Positions 47,183-58,180 of a DNA stretch of 64,000 nucleotides are shown piece after piece. How positions within the stretch are numbered: the stretch's first letter is position 1; every line of letters begins with the position of its first letter. The notes under the pieces are model-generated. The model saw only the letters and a program-made list of their open reading frames with translations, searched no databases and was not told where the DNA came from. The DNA comes from Poseidonia sp. (GTDB taxonomy: Archaea; Thermoplasmatota; Poseidoniia; Poseidoniales; Poseidoniaceae). The DNA is taken from contig JADHPT010000001.1 in assembly GCA_016778305.1 (NCBI GenBank), positions 136,457-200,456 of the forward strand, in the 5' to 3' direction. Made by a program: the position numbers and the translations under genes.

Positions 47183-48724
47183 TAGGCCATGTTCTGCTTC
47201 CAAGCGTGCAAGCCATCCTCCATCTTGCAATTGACTGCTGAGCTCAATGAGGTCATTGGAAGTTGAGCGGTCTCCCCTTAGGGGTTCCACGATGGTTCGA
47301 ACGAGTCCTTTGAAGCCATGGACGTGTGGTGCAGGGTTCAATTCTTCGTGCTCGAGGGCTTCGCAAGAAATCAAAGCCTCACAGGCGAGGATTTCAGCAA
47401 GATGCTGAGTTGATTCCAATAAATTCCATGCTGATGTAGCACCCATGCTGACGTGATCTTCCTGGCCAGCAGAGGTTGAGGTAGAGAACGCTGTCCGTGG
47501 GCCAGCTCTTCCATGTAATTCAGATAATGATGCTCCCGCCACATACTGTACAATCATGAGTCCCGACTCCAAACCTGAATTATGAGTTAAAAAGGCGGGC
47601 AAATCACTACGTGCAGGATCCAGCATTTGGTCCATCCTTCGCTCAGAAATAGATCCGAGTTCAAACAGTCCAAGCGTCATTGAATCGCAAACCATGGCTA
47701 CAATTTCACCGTGGAAATTGCCCTGTGAAAGCACTTCATGTGAACCAGGTTGTGAAGGGTTAGGGAATATGAGGGGATTGTCCGTAGCACTGTTGATTTC
47801 AATTCGAATCATTTCGTCTAGACGACGGTAGGCCTCCCAAACAGCACCGTGAACTTGAGGAGCGCAGCGAAATGAATAGGGGTCCTGCACTTTATCACAA
47901 TCCGTATGACTGGCCATGATGGGTGAGTTGGCGAGAAGCGTATTGAGTCGTTGGGCTATCGTTCGTTGACCGGGGTGCGGCCTGGCATTATGCACGAGCG
48001 GGTTTGCCGGTGTTAAACTGCATTTCCTAGCCTCCATCGACGTTGCTAGGATTACATCTGCCAAGACAAGAAGTTCACCTAATGCTTGGTGTGCAAGAAT
48101 TGCAAATGAACACATTTGACTTGTACCATTGATGAGGGACAGTCCGTCCTTAGCCGTGAGCGAAACGGGGAGTATTTCATGTTGCTCAAGTACATCATTT
48201 GTTGGTAGCCTCTCACCATTCAAGAGAACTTCTCCTTCCCCAATGAGTGTTAATGCGAGGTGTGACAGCGGAGCAAGATCACCACTGGCCCCCAGACTCC
48301 CAATACGCGGGACAAAGGGGTGAATTCCGATGTTGAGGTAGGTGACGAGTTGGTTGATACAATCGGGATGGATGCCTGAGTGCCCTTTGCACAAGGAATT
48401 CAATCTGATTACCATCATGCATCGAACGGCTTCAACACTCATCGCTGGACCTATTGCAGTGGCGTGAGATCGGATAAGATTCAATTGCAAGAGAGCAAGA
48501 TCGTCTTGGGAAATACGTTCGTGTACCAGAGCGCCAAAACCAGTATTAATGCCATAGACGGTTTCATTTTCATCCAAAATCCGGTCTACTACGGCGCGTG
48601 CTGCATGAATTTTTGGCCAAGCATCTTGTGATACTTGAACGGTAGCGTGAAACCGTGCAACCATCATAATTTCAGCGGGTGTCAGTGTTTCACCATCGAG
48701 GTGTATTGTGAGGGGATCGTTCAT
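47156..48724 (-). CDS. hutH: histidine ammonia-lyase
   Basis: MIO-forming GSLGASGDLAPLSH. ~520 aa aromatic amino acid lyase fold. Confidence 0.9.
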   Translation of the reverse strand: MNDPLTIHLDGETLTPAEIMMVARFHATVQVSQDAWPKIHAARAVVDRILDENETVYGINTGFGALVHERISQDDLALLQLNLIRSHATAIGPAMSVEAVRCMMVIRLNSLCKGHSGIHPDCINQLVTYLNIGIHPFVPRIGSLGASGDLAPLSHLALTLIGEGEVLLNGERLPTNDVLEQHEILPVSLTAKDGLSLINGTSQMCSFAILAHQALGELLVLADVILATSMEARKCSLTPANPLVHNARPHPGQRTIAQRLNTLLANSPIMASHTDCDKVQDPYSFRCAPQVHGAVWEAYRRLDEMIRIEINSATDNPLIFPNPSQPGSHEVLSQGNFHGEIVAMVCDSMTLGLFELGSISERRMDQMLDPARSDLPAFLTHNSGLESGLMIVQYVAGASLSELHGRAGPRTAFSTSTSAGQEDHVSMGATSAWNLLESTQHLAEILACEALISCEALEHEELNPAPHVHGFKGLVRTIVEPLRGDRSTSNDLIELSSQLQDGGWLARLEAEHGLLSRGEDFF

Positions 48725-50811
48725 TCTATCACCTCTCGCATTCTCATAAGCAAGCCGGCATCCACACGGTGAGGGGTTGTGACCGTCAGGAGAGGTTCGT
48801 GTTCCATTGCACGTTGAATAGCGGCCTCGGCACCTTCATTGCGAGCCCATGCCCTACGAGCAACGCCATTGTTCACATCCCAATGCAACATGGACTGCAA
48901 CCTTCGTTCAGCCTCTGGAGAGCCATCCAATAGAAGGCCAAATCCACCGTTAATGACTTCGCCCCATCCGACCCCCCCACCATTGTGAATGCTGACCCAT
49001 GTGGCACCTCTGAAGGCGTCACCAATCACGTTGTGTATGGCCATATCTGCGGTGAACATCGACCCGTCACGAATGTTTGCAGTTTCACGATATGGGCTAT
49101 CCGTTCCTGAAACATCGTGATGATCTCTGCCGAGTACAACTGGGCCCTCAATTTCGCCAGATGCAATTGCTCGGTTCATAGCTAGTGCAATTTCCCGACG
49201 ACCAATGTCGTCTGCATACAGGATACGGGCTTGACTCCCGACAACCAGGTTATTTTCACCTGCCTGCTCAATCCAGCGTATGTTGTCAAGAATTTGTTGT
49301 CGGACATCTATGGGTGCTTTGGCGAGCATTGAGTGGAGGACTCTCGCTGCAATTTCATCTGTCTTTTTCAAATCTGATTCCTTCCCGCTCGCACATACCC
49401 ATCGATACGGTCCAAATCCATAGTCAAAGCAAAGCGGACCCATGATGTCCTCGACATAGGAAGGATATCGGAAACTACCATCTTCTTCAATCACATCGGC
49501 ACCTGCTCGTGATGCCTCGAGCAAAAATGCATTGCCGTAATCCCAAAAATACATGCCTCTGTGTGACATCATGTTGATTGCATCTGCATGCCTGCGTAGC
49601 GTGGCTTGAACTTCAGTTACGAATCGTTCTGGTTCGTTCACCATCATATTCGTACTTTCTTCATAGGTGAAATCTGCGGGATAGTATCCGCCTTGGTAGG
49701 GATTGTGCAGGCTCGTCTGATCACTTCCCAAATCTACGCGAACCTCTCTCTCAACACATCGTTCCCATAATTCGACGATGTTTCCAACATAGCCGATTGA
49801 AATGGGTCTCATTTCCTCGGCAGCGGCGACCATTTGGTCAATCGCATCGTCCATGGAGTCGGTGACGGTTGTAAGCCAACCTTGCTGGTGACGTTTTTCG
49901 GCAGCATGGCGGTTGGTTTCGGCAATGATACAAGCGGCACCAGCAATCGTGGCAGCTTTTGCTTGGGCGCCCGACATGCCTCCCAAACCACTCGTTACAA
50001 ACGTCACGCCATTCAATGAAGAATCATCGTTCAATCCGAGGTGCATACGTGCGGCATTGAGCAATGTGATGGTTGTGCCGTGAACGATTCCCTGCGGGCC
50101 AATGTACATGTAGGATCCAGCAGTCATTTGACCGTATTGTGACACTCCAAGAGCATTCATGCGTTCATAATCATCTTGACGAGAATAATTGGGGATTACC
50201 ATCCCGTTGGTCACGACGACTCTTGGTGCACTGGCAGATGAAGGAAACAATCCAAGGGGGTGACCAGAGTACATGACCAAGGTTTGTTGGTCAGTCATCT
50301 TAGAGAGATATTGCATCACCAATCGGTACTGCGCCCAATTTTGGAATACTGAGCCGTTGCCGCCATAGGTAATGAGTTCGTCAGGAAATTGGGCGACAGC
50401 GGGGTCAAGATTGTTTTGAATCATCAGCATAATTGCGGCTGCCTGTGGTGTCGTAGCGGGATAGTGGTCGAGAGGGTGGGCTTTCATAGGATATTGATCT
50501 GGCTTGAACCTACGCATAATAATGCGACCATAGGTGTTGAGTTCATCAAGAAATTCAGGCATGAGTGTTTCGTGATGCGCCGGCACAAAGTATCGAAGAG
50601 CATTTTGCAAAGCCAATACCTTTTCATCAGCAGATAAAATTTGACGTCGATTGGGTGCATGGTCTACATCGGTATCGATTGCTTTGCGGGGTGGCAATTC
50701 ATCAGGGATTCCCTCCGCAATGTACTGGCGAAATACCTCAATTGAGTCCACCATGGTTGAGCGAGAATGAAGGATGTCCTTGAGCCTTGTTCCCGCTACC
50801 GCACAAATCAC
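48721..50811 (-). CDS. hutU: urocanate hydratase, long form with ~120-aa N-terminal extension
   Basis: GNGSVFQNW, YGQMTAGSYMYIGPQGIVHGT, GLGGMSGAQ. 4-nt overlap with hutH. Confidence 0.9.
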   Translation of the reverse strand: MICAVAGTRLKDILHSRSTMVDSIEVFRQYIAEGIPDELPPRKAIDTDVDHAPNRRQILSADEKVLALQNALRYFVPAHHETLMPEFLDELNTYGRIIMRRFKPDQYPMKAHPLDHYPATTPQAAAIMLMIQNNLDPAVAQFPDELITYGGNGSVFQNWAQYRLVMQYLSKMTDQQTLVMYSGHPLGLFPSSASAPRVVVTNGMVIPNYSRQDDYERMNALGVSQYGQMTAGSYMYIGPQGIVHGTTITLLNAARMHLGLNDDSSLNGVTFVTSGLGGMSGAQAKAATIAGAACIIAETNRHAAEKRHQQGWLTTVTDSMDDAIDQMVAAAEEMRPISIGYVGNIVELWERCVEREVRVDLGSDQTSLHNPYQGGYYPADFTYEESTNMMVNEPERFVTEVQATLRRHADAINMMSHRGMYFWDYGNAFLLEASRAGADVIEEDGSFRYPSYVEDIMGPLCFDYGFGPYRWVCASGKESDLKKTDEIAARVLHSMLAKAPIDVRQQILDNIRWIEQAGENNLVVGSQARILYADDIGRREIALAMNRAIASGEIEGPVVLGRDHHDVSGTDSPYRETANIRDGSMFTADMAIHNVIGDAFRGATWVSIHNGGGVGWGEVINGGFGLLLDGSPEAERRLQSMLHWDVNNGVARRAWARNEGAEAAIQRAMEHEPLLTVTTPHRVDAGLLMRMREVIE

Positions 50812-50859
50812 CCCTACACAATGTCAAAAAAGGCGGGTGCTTACGACTAACTGATAGCG

Positions 50860-52749
50860 ATGGGGGAAGAGGCAATACTCGAAGCGGACCTCGTCGAAGC
50901 ACCATCATCTGTCGCTACGAGAGAATTCAATCTCGTCCTAGGTGCAACCGTAGCCCTGTCGCTTGTGTTCCTATTCCTATCTGCGGTATTCGGTGACGCC
51001 TTTATTGAATTCATGAACACTGAGGATGAAGGTGTTGGTGTTCGCGTCCCCGTGTGGGAACGGTACAACATGCCCTATGAGGTAGATGGTGATTTTGGAA
51101 TTGCATTGGAAACTGGACCCTATGAAATCATGCCGACCGACAATGAGTGGAATTCGACACATTATTTCGTAGAATATGAATTGCCTCTTAGTGAGGGCGG
51201 CGCTGCCCCAGACGGGCTTATTTCCTTGGCTGTTTGGCGTCCAATCGTAGAAGAAGGCGTTCTTGTTCCTGTCATTGCTGAAATTGGCCCCTATTTCCAA
51301 GAACCTAGCGTTCAAACACCTACCATAGAAGTTCCAGGAGCATGGCTGGGGCAGATGATCATTGACCAAATTCTACCCCATGGATTTGCATTTGCACAAA
51401 TCTCGGTCTCCGGTACTGGACGGTCGAATCACTGCATGGACCTCATGGGTAATGCAGAGCAATTGGGAAATGATGCCGCCGTTCGATGGTTGGGTGAGCA
51501 ATCATGGTCTAATGGCGCCGTAGCACTGATTGGAAAATCATATGACGGCAGTACCCCTTGGCAAGCGGCTATGTTCGGTTCAGAACACGACTATCTGAAA
51601 ACAATCGTCCCAATTTCTGGACTCATTGGCGTCAAGGAATTGATGTGGCGAAACGGGTCTTCAGAGGCGAGAGCACCCATCATGCACAACGGCGTATACG
51701 GCTCATATGGTTTGGATGGAGATGAAGAAGACTATCAAAATTTATGTCCAGATTATATCGTAGGTCCAGCAACCGGCGTTGGTGCATGGGCTTGGGGAGG
51801 AGAAGCTGCAGGTTCATACTGGTCCGAACGCTATTTCCTAGACCGCGTTTTGGATAACTACCAAGGGAGCGTTTATCTCATCCAGGGAATGCATGATTGG
51901 AATGTAGACCCCCATATGGCGGTTCCAACCATGAACATGCTCATCGATGCCGGTATTGAGGCTAAAGGTTTGTTCGGCCAGTGGGATCACGATTATCCTG
52001 ACCGACCAGTTCAACTTGACGATCGCTCCGAATTGGGTGGCCGCGGTGGTGAAGCCTTCCCACAGATGGTTCGTTATGATTGGATGCAAGACTTACTCGA
52101 GTGGTTTGATTATTACCTACGTGACGTTGGAGAACAACCTGGTCAATGGATTGAGATTCAATCAAACCAAGGGTCATGGAGACTCGAAGACCGCTACCCG
52201 CCTGAGGACGTTAGCGTCCTTAGCATGGCGCTGGGCACCGAACTTACAACATCTGGCGGCACAACCGTGCTACCAGATGCATCAACAGGCCCCGTATGGC
52301 AAAGTGAACCGTTGAATGAAACGATCTATATCGCAGGAACACCAAGACTCCACGTTGATGTAACAACGGCTACACTCGGTGGGCAACTGTATGCTCTGCT
52401 CGAAGAATGCAGCATTGATAACGAATGCATACACGTTGGACATGCGATTATGGATTTAAGATATCACGCCGGAGGAGACGAGGTCCAAACATGGGCTCCA
52501 GTCGTTGAAACCATCAATGCTAAAATGGAGTTCTTCCCTCTTGATGCAGAGATCGAATCGGGGAATTTCCTGCAAGTGAGTCTTCTATCTACTGGTGAAG
52601 ACTATCTCCCAGCCAGTACCTCATCCGTCGTTTTCATTCAAGAAGGTGCCACCTCTACATTACAACTCGACACCTTTGACCCCACCGAGCGACGGTACTT
52701 TGAACCACCATCTTGTCAGCACGAGCGGTGCATTCAAGCTGGTGCATGA
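50860..52749 (+). CDS. membrane-anchored X-Pro dipeptidyl-peptidase / CocE-NonD (S15) family hydrolase
   Basis: N-terminal signal anchor. Nucleophile motif GKSYDG (GxSYxG). ~630 aa alpha/beta hydrolase plus C-terminal beta domain. Confidence 0.7.
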   Translation: MGEEAILEADLVEAPSSVATREFNLVLGATVALSLVFLFLSAVFGDAFIEFMNTEDEGVGVRVPVWERYNMPYEVDGDFGIALETGPYEIMPTDNEWNSTHYFVEYELPLSEGGAAPDGLISLAVWRPIVEEGVLVPVIAEIGPYFQEPSVQTPTIEVPGAWLGQMIIDQILPHGFAFAQISVSGTGRSNHCMDLMGNAEQLGNDAAVRWLGEQSWSNGAVALIGKSYDGSTPWQAAMFGSEHDYLKTIVPISGLIGVKELMWRNGSSEARAPIMHNGVYGSYGLDGDEEDYQNLCPDYIVGPATGVGAWAWGGEAAGSYWSERYFLDRVLDNYQGSVYLIQGMHDWNVDPHMAVPTMNMLIDAGIEAKGLFGQWDHDYPDRPVQLDDRSELGGRGGEAFPQMVRYDWMQDLLEWFDYYLRDVGEQPGQWIEIQSNQGSWRLEDRYPPEDVSVLSMALGTELTTSGGTTVLPDASTGPVWQSEPLNETIYIAGTPRLHVDVTTATLGGQLYALLEECSIDNECIHVGHAIMDLRYHAGGDEVQTWAPVVETINAKMEFFPLDAEIESGNFLQVSLLSTGEDYLPASTSSVVFIQEGATSTLQLDTFDPTERRYFEPPSCQHERCIQAGA

Positions 52750-53993
52750 TGATAGGGTTCATCACCAGCATCCCACAATGAAAATACAAGGCCTGACAAA
52801 ATCATCACAGATGAGAACAAGAGTATTCCTCCACCAATACCTAATTCTGTATTTTCCATGAGGTATCCCGCTAAACTCGTAGAACACGAGAATGCTACGG
52901 ATAAAATCAGCATATCTGTTGAAAAGACTCGCCCGCGAACTTCGTCCTCCACCCATCGTTGGACCATGATGGTCGAGAGAACCCAATTCGCACCACTCGC
53001 ACTGTGTGCCAAGACGATCAAAACAACGGTCAACCATAATGAACCATCCAATGTCAATCCTACAAGGCCGTAAAATAAACCAGATAGTGCAATGAGTTGG
53101 CCAATAAGTACTGGCCATTTTGCTTCATTCGTGAAAACATTGCGGGCGATAATCGGTCCTAGACCCGTCCCCAGGCCACGAGCGAAAAAGAAAAGCCCGA
53201 ATCCAAATGCGGCGCCAAATCCTTGTACGTCTGCACCCATCAGTACGAGATATACCCCCGCAAGTCCACCGCCGGCAATATTCCACGATGCTTTAGCGAA
53301 CACAATACGGAAGAGGCGTGGTTCTCCTCGAATTCTACTCCATCCTCGCTTCATATTGCTTATTGCGGTGGAAAACCATGGACCTTTCATTGAAGGATCT
53401 ATTTTTTGAGGGATTTTGAGCGTTATCAAGAAGAGCGTCCCGATGAGAAAGGTGAATGAATCTATGATGAAGGCTGCATCAGTGCCCCAAAGGGAAACCA
53501 CAACGCCACCGAGCATAGCACCTATGCACAAAGCAGTAGACCAGGAAGCAGCATCAAGTGCATTGGCGGTAGCCAAGTCCTCTTTGGTAACTAGATTAGG
53601 TAATGCGGCACGTTCTGCAGTCATATACACGCCATGGAGGACCATCATGAGGCCAGAGAGGCCAATCATCCATACGATGTCGTTGGCATCATTGACCATG
53701 AGGAAACACAGAGCGAGTACCATTTGTGCAAGGTTTGAAACGATCATCAAGGACTTCCGATTGTATCGATCAGCCATTAACCCAATGAAGGGTTGTAGGA
53801 CTGCAAAACCTGCCATGCGAACTGTAAACAAAACGCCTAAGAGGAACTCACTATCCGTATATTCGAGAATAAGGAAGAACAATGCGATGGTATTGAACCA
53901 CTCGCCCATCATCGAGATAACAGCAGCAATCCAAAGTTGGCGGAACTCTTTGTTATCGCGAACTAGGGCTCTGTAGGAACGTCCTTCCATCAC
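52734..53993 (-). CDS. MFS transporter
   Basis: 419 aa, about 12 TM helices. MFS motif region GLMADRYNRK. Confidence 0.85.
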   Translation of the reverse strand: MMEGRSYRALVRDNKEFRQLWIAAVISMMGEWFNTIALFFLILEYTDSEFLLGVLFTVRMAGFAVLQPFIGLMADRYNRKSLMIVSNLAQMVLALCFLMVNDANDIVWMIGLSGLMMVLHGVYMTAERAALPNLVTKEDLATANALDAASWSTALCIGAMLGGVVVSLWGTDAAFIIDSFTFLIGTLFLITLKIPQKIDPSMKGPWFSTAISNMKRGWSRIRGEPRLFRIVFAKASWNIAGGGLAGVYLVLMGADVQGFGAAFGFGLFFFARGLGTGLGPIIARNVFTNEAKWPVLIGQLIALSGLFYGLVGLTLDGSLWLTVVLIVLAHSASGANWVLSTIMVQRWVEDEVRGRVFSTDMLILSVAFSCSTSLAGYLMENTELGIGGGILLFSSVMILSGLVFSLWDAGDEPYHHAPA

Positions 53994-56299
53994 TCTTCCT
54001 CCACGCCGTTATGGACAGGAGAGGATCTGAGTGTGCATACAATCCACTTCGAAGTGGGCGTGTTTGACACATCTGCAGTGGACTTGAGCGGTACTAAACT
54101 ATTCGCCTCTGGGAAATATGCTGCTAAATTACCTTTTGGAATTTCATATGGCACCAAAAGCCATGATGCTGATTCTCTTGTTTCTCCGTTAAAATGGCTG
54201 GTGATGTCTACCTTCGTTCTCGATTTCCAACCTCGAGCCACCATGTCATCTGCATTCATGAACAGAACTCGTCTGTGACCGTGTACCCCACGGTAACGGT
54301 CATGCAATCCATAGATTGTTGTATTGTATTGATCATGGCTGCGTAGTGTCATAAGGACGAATTGATCCTCGCCTACGGATACGTCTGGTAATTGATGTGT
54401 TGTAAAATTTGCAAAACCATCATGTGTGTTGAACGTGCGATCGTCACGAGGCGGGTTTGGTAAGGAGAAACCATTTTCATTTCGTACACGACGGTTATAA
54501 TCTGTAAATCCATGAAGCGACGCCTCCATTAAATCTCTAATTGAATCATAATTTGAACAAAGATCATTCCATGGAAGGTGTTGCAAGCCCAACGTTTGCT
54601 CTGCCAAGGTTGACACAATCCATGGTTCACTTCGCAACATTGGTGAGGCAGGTTGAAGTGTCCCTTTGGAGCGGTGGACAATTCCCATGGAATTCTCGAC
54701 AGTTACAAATTGAGCCTCTCCGTCCTGCACATCAAGTTCAGTTCTACCTAAACATGGCAATATCAATGCTTCCTTCCCCGTTACTAAATGGGAACGATTT
54801 AACTTTGTCGAAACTTGAATCGTCAGGTCAATATTCGCAATGGCTTTGGCAGTAAAATCAGTGTCTGGTGTGGCAGACAAGAAATTGCCACCCATGCAAA
54901 AGAAAACATCAACCTGTCCGTCTGCCATGGCCTCAATAGATTGCACAACGTCATATCCGTGTTCCTTTGGAATGTCGAAACCAAGTCCCTTTTCCATCCG
55001 GTCAATGAAGGACTCCGATGGCGCTTCCCAAATACCGACTGTACGATCGCCCTGTACATTTGAATGGCCTCGAACTGGACAAAAACCAGCACCCTCCCGT
55101 CCAACATGCCCGCCTAATAAGAGTAAATTTACAACTTCTTGTATGACCGATACACCATTTTTGTGTTGTGTCAACCCCATGGCCCAACAGGCTATAGTGG
55201 CGTTGGATGAAGCTAACATCTCTGCTGCATCCTGAATGGACTGCCGGGGAATCCCAGAATCGTTTACGATTTGATCCCATGTCGTGTTGAGCGCTGCATC
55301 TTTCATCGATTGGAATCCGGACGTGTATTCATTGACGAACGCGTGGTCGACAGCACTGAGTTCTAATTGCAATTTGATGAGACCTTTGAGGAGGGCAGCA
55401 TCACCTCCTATGCGAACTGGCAGGTGGATATCGGCGAGTTGTGTAGAGGTTAGATCCATTTTCATGTAATCTTGAGGGTGTTTGAATCGGGAAAGCCCGG
55501 CTTCTGGTAACGGGTTTATGTGAATGATTCGTGCGCCCTTTTTCTTTGCATCCCTTAGAGCAGTTAACATTCGGGGGTGATTCGTTCCTGGATTTTGACC
55601 TATGACCATGATGACATTTGCATGATTAAAATCTTCCAATGTCACCGTTCCTTTTCCGATTCCAATGGTTTGACCTAAACCCTTCCCGCTGCTCTCGTGA
55701 CACATGTTTGAACAATCAGGAAGATTGTTGGTCCCATAGGCGCGTATGAAGGCTTGGTAGAGGAAAGCGGCCTCATTACTGGTCCGTCCTGAGGTGTAAA
55801 AGACTGCTCTGTTAGCCGAGGGCAACGATTTCAAAGCACCAGATATTTTCTCAAATGCACCCTCCCAAGAAATCGGTTTGTAATGTGATTCACCCGGGGC
55901 GAGGTGCATAGGTTGGGCTAAACGACCTTTCCGATTGAGTTCATAATCACTCAATTCTGCGAGGGCTTGGATGCTGTGATGTGAAAAGAAGGAGGCGTTC
56001 ACATGGGCTTTCATAGCCTCGTCAGCGACGGCTTTTGCACCGTTTTCACAAAATTCAAACGTTGTTCTGTGTTCTGGGTCGGGCCATGCACACCCAGGGC
56101 AATCAAAACCCTCTTGTTGATTGACGGTAACCAAGGTTTTGACAGTCTTCGTAACGCCCATTTTCGTCATGCCGTGATAGGCTGAAGAGAGGGCGGCAGG
56201 GATACCTGCCGCCTTCTTCTTTGGTTTCTTCAATCTTAATTTGGCTCTATCTGGTGGTGTAGTTGCCCTCGGAGATTTTCTCATAGTAACAACTTCCAA
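53990..56299 (-). CDS. molybdopterin oxidoreductase, YdeP/FdhF-like (formate dehydrogenase alpha-like)
   Basis: N-terminal Cys cluster (CPGCAWPD...C). Molybdopterin dinucleotide-binding domains. Cys rather than Sec at the active-site position. Immediately downstream of fdhD. Confidence 0.8.
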   Translation of the reverse strand: MEVVTMRKSPRATTPPDRAKLRLKKPKKKAAGIPAALSSAYHGMTKMGVTKTVKTLVTVNQQEGFDCPGCAWPDPEHRTTFEFCENGAKAVADEAMKAHVNASFFSHHSIQALAELSDYELNRKGRLAQPMHLAPGESHYKPISWEGAFEKISGALKSLPSANRAVFYTSGRTSNEAAFLYQAFIRAYGTNNLPDCSNMCHESSGKGLGQTIGIGKGTVTLEDFNHANVIMVIGQNPGTNHPRMLTALRDAKKKGARIIHINPLPEAGLSRFKHPQDYMKMDLTSTQLADIHLPVRIGGDAALLKGLIKLQLELSAVDHAFVNEYTSGFQSMKDAALNTTWDQIVNDSGIPRQSIQDAAEMLASSNATIACWAMGLTQHKNGVSVIQEVVNLLLLGGHVGREGAGFCPVRGHSNVQGDRTVGIWEAPSESFIDRMEKGLGFDIPKEHGYDVVQSIEAMADGQVDVFFCMGGNFLSATPDTDFTAKAIANIDLTIQVSTKLNRSHLVTGKEALILPCLGRTELDVQDGEAQFVTVENSMGIVHRSKGTLQPASPMLRSEPWIVSTLAEQTLGLQHLPWNDLCSNYDSIRDLMEASLHGFTDYNRRVRNENGFSLPNPPRDDRTFNTHDGFANFTTHQLPDVSVGEDQFVLMTLRSHDQYNTTIYGLHDRYRGVHGHRRVLFMNADDMVARGWKSRTKVDITSHFNGETRESASWLLVPYEIPKGNLAAYFPEANSLVPLKSTADVSNTPTSKWIVCTLRSSPVHNGVEEE

Positions 56300-56323
56300 T
56301 TTTGGTGGGAAGGGTGGACCTTC

Positions 56324-57127
56324 TCAATCCTTTGGTTTGAATCGACCTTCTTGACGGCCATATACGACTGCTTTTTCATCGCGGGCAAAGGTGATTAACG
56401 TCATGTTTGTCAATCGAGCTGTTTTGATTGCTAAATCAGATGCAGCCCCAATCGATGCTATGAACGGAATATTCATTCTCGCTGCCTTGGCTACGATATC
56501 CCAGCCACAACGACCCGAAAGGAACAGCAAAGAAGGCCGGGGAGCGTCATCCAAGGCAAGCACCTTTCCAAGTACTTTGTCAACAGCATTGTGCCTCCCA
56601 ATATCTTCGCAAATTTCGTCAAGCGTCATCATCCTTCCAACCTTGTATGAAATTGCGGCTGCGTGCATACCACCTGTCGCTGTAAATCCATGCTGGCCAT
56701 CGCGCATACCGAAGAGCGATTCAAGCACCAATTCCATTGTGACCTTTCGTTGCGGATCATCCACACGAGGAATGTCAGCGATAAGTGATGAAAGTTGTTC
56801 ATGGTCACATGCACTGCAAGATGTTGTAACAAACCCTTCTCGAAGTATTTTAGGCTTGAATGAGGGGATCGTAGCGTGAAGCTCGATTGCTCCATCCGTT
56901 CTCTTCTCCACATATTCATGGATACGTCCTGTGAGGATGCAATCGTATTCCGTGGCGAGGTGGCCGCGGTAGAGGTTCTCTAGATCCTGATCGGAGGCTA
57001 AGAGGGAGGTTATTTTTTGTTCATTCACATGGATTGAGATGAGCGATTCATTAGCAACTAGCTCGAGTTCTGATGTCCATTTACCTGATGTCCAGCGATG
57101 TGATGGAACCGTTCCGTATCCACTCAA
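56324..57127 (-). CDS. fdhD: formate dehydrogenase accessory sulfurtransferase FdhD
   Basis: GRHNAVDKVLG signature. Cys loop TTSCSACD. Confidence 0.85.
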   Translation of the reverse strand: MSGYGTVPSHRWTSGKWTSELELVANESLISIHVNEQKITSLLASDQDLENLYRGHLATEYDCILTGRIHEYVEKRTDGAIELHATIPSFKPKILREGFVTTSCSACDHEQLSSLIADIPRVDDPQRKVTMELVLESLFGMRDGQHGFTATGGMHAAAISYKVGRMMTLDEICEDIGRHNAVDKVLGKVLALDDAPRPSLLFLSGRCGWDIVAKAARMNIPFIASIGAASDLAIKTARLTNMTLITFARDEKAVVYGRQEGRFKPKD

Positions 57128-57717
57128 GAATCATCAGCCCCGATGGCATCACGATCGATGTCAAAAAATTCAAATTGAATGTTCACCAATTCTTCACTGG
57201 ACGTTGCTGTGGCATAGGCATCAAGTGGCTCTTGATTGAGTTCAAAGAATCTAGACCCCCATCTAAAGGCACCCAGGGTTTCTCTGGCTTGCTCCTCCCT
57301 GCCAATCATGTAGAGAGCAGCAGCAAGAGCCTCAGCAGTTGTTAGACGCCCAGGTTTCCCCCAATTAACTGGATTTGCTGCCAATAAGAGCGGCAGCATA
57401 CGTGGTTGAAGGCGGGTTCTTTTCATGACCGTTTGAACGCTGTTTTCGATTTGCGCCCAACTGCAATCCAACCCCACCAACGATCCGTGTTCAACAGTCA
57501 ATAGGTGGTGATCTTCAGGGCCTAAGACCTTGCCACAAAGGGGTTCAAGGATGATGCCTTTGCGAGGCAGTGTCCGCAAATTTTTGTGAAGTTTCACATC
57601 ACCGCGTTTACTGGAAAGGACAGCCGTATTCTTTTTTGGATCGTCCTGCGCAAGCCAAATAGCGTGAACCGAAATGGGATCCAATCCATCACCTCGTATC
57701 GTTGAGATAATCGCCAA
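57124..57717 (-). CDS. tsr3: 16S rRNA aminocarboxypropyltransferase Tsr3 (DUF367)
   Basis: DPKKNTAV, LDCSWAQ, RMLPLLLAANPVNWGKPGRLTTAEALAAALYMIG, FRWGSRFFELNQEPLDAY. Confidence 0.75.
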   Translation of the reverse strand: MAIISTIRGDGLDPISVHAIWLAQDDPKKNTAVLSSKRGDVKLHKNLRTLPRKGIILEPLCGKVLGPEDHHLLTVEHGSLVGLDCSWAQIENSVQTVMKRTRLQPRMLPLLLAANPVNWGKPGRLTTAEALAAALYMIGREEQARETLGAFRWGSRFFELNQEPLDAYATATSSEELVNIQFEFFDIDRDAIGADDS

Positions 57718-58180
57718 ATGTCATCCCTCGAGATGGTCCAGACCTCACTTGCCGGGTTTCATTTGGACTATGTTCCAGCATTAATTTGATTGACAGGGTT
57801 CGCTCAAATTTGCGAATGACCGAGTCGGTTGGACGTTTCCCGTTTTCAGCAGCTTTGATGATGTTCGCAGTTTCTGCCATTCGTTTTGCTAATTGCTGTT
57901 GAGACCAATTTCGCTCTTTACGTGCAGTCACAATGCGTTGTGAAAAATCTTCTGCGAGATCTTTTTCAGAACGCGTCATGATGTTATTCTTTCTTGGTCG
58001 AGACATCGGGCGATTCGTGCTCTGTCTCGCTTGAACCAACCCAGGAGCCTCTGATTTGGGCATGAGGTTCATACGGTCAATGCATTTGGTGCAGGCGGAG
58101 ACTTCTGTTTTCCCAGTACGGACGTTGCGAACACCAACTTTCACTGCACCACACAACTCACATTCACCCATAACACTCAA
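57689..58180 (-). CDS. mbf1: multiprotein bridging factor 1 (zinc ribbon + HTH XRE)
   Basis: CELCG...CTKC zinc ribbon. HTH WSQQQLAKRMAETANIIKAAENG. Confidence 0.8.
   Translation of the reverse strand: MSVMGECELCGAVKVGVRNVRTGKTEVSACTKCIDRMNLMPKSEAPGLVQARQSTNRPMSRPRKNNIMTRSEKDLAEDFSQRIVTARKERNWSQQQLAKRMAETANIIKAAENGKRPTDSVIRKFERTLSIKLMLEHSPNETRQVRSGPSRGMTFGDYLNDTR

Noticed and set aside
53416-53976. 186-aa plus-strand ORF
   Set aside because: Antisense to the MFS transporter. Its hydrophobic mirror sequence explains the open frame.
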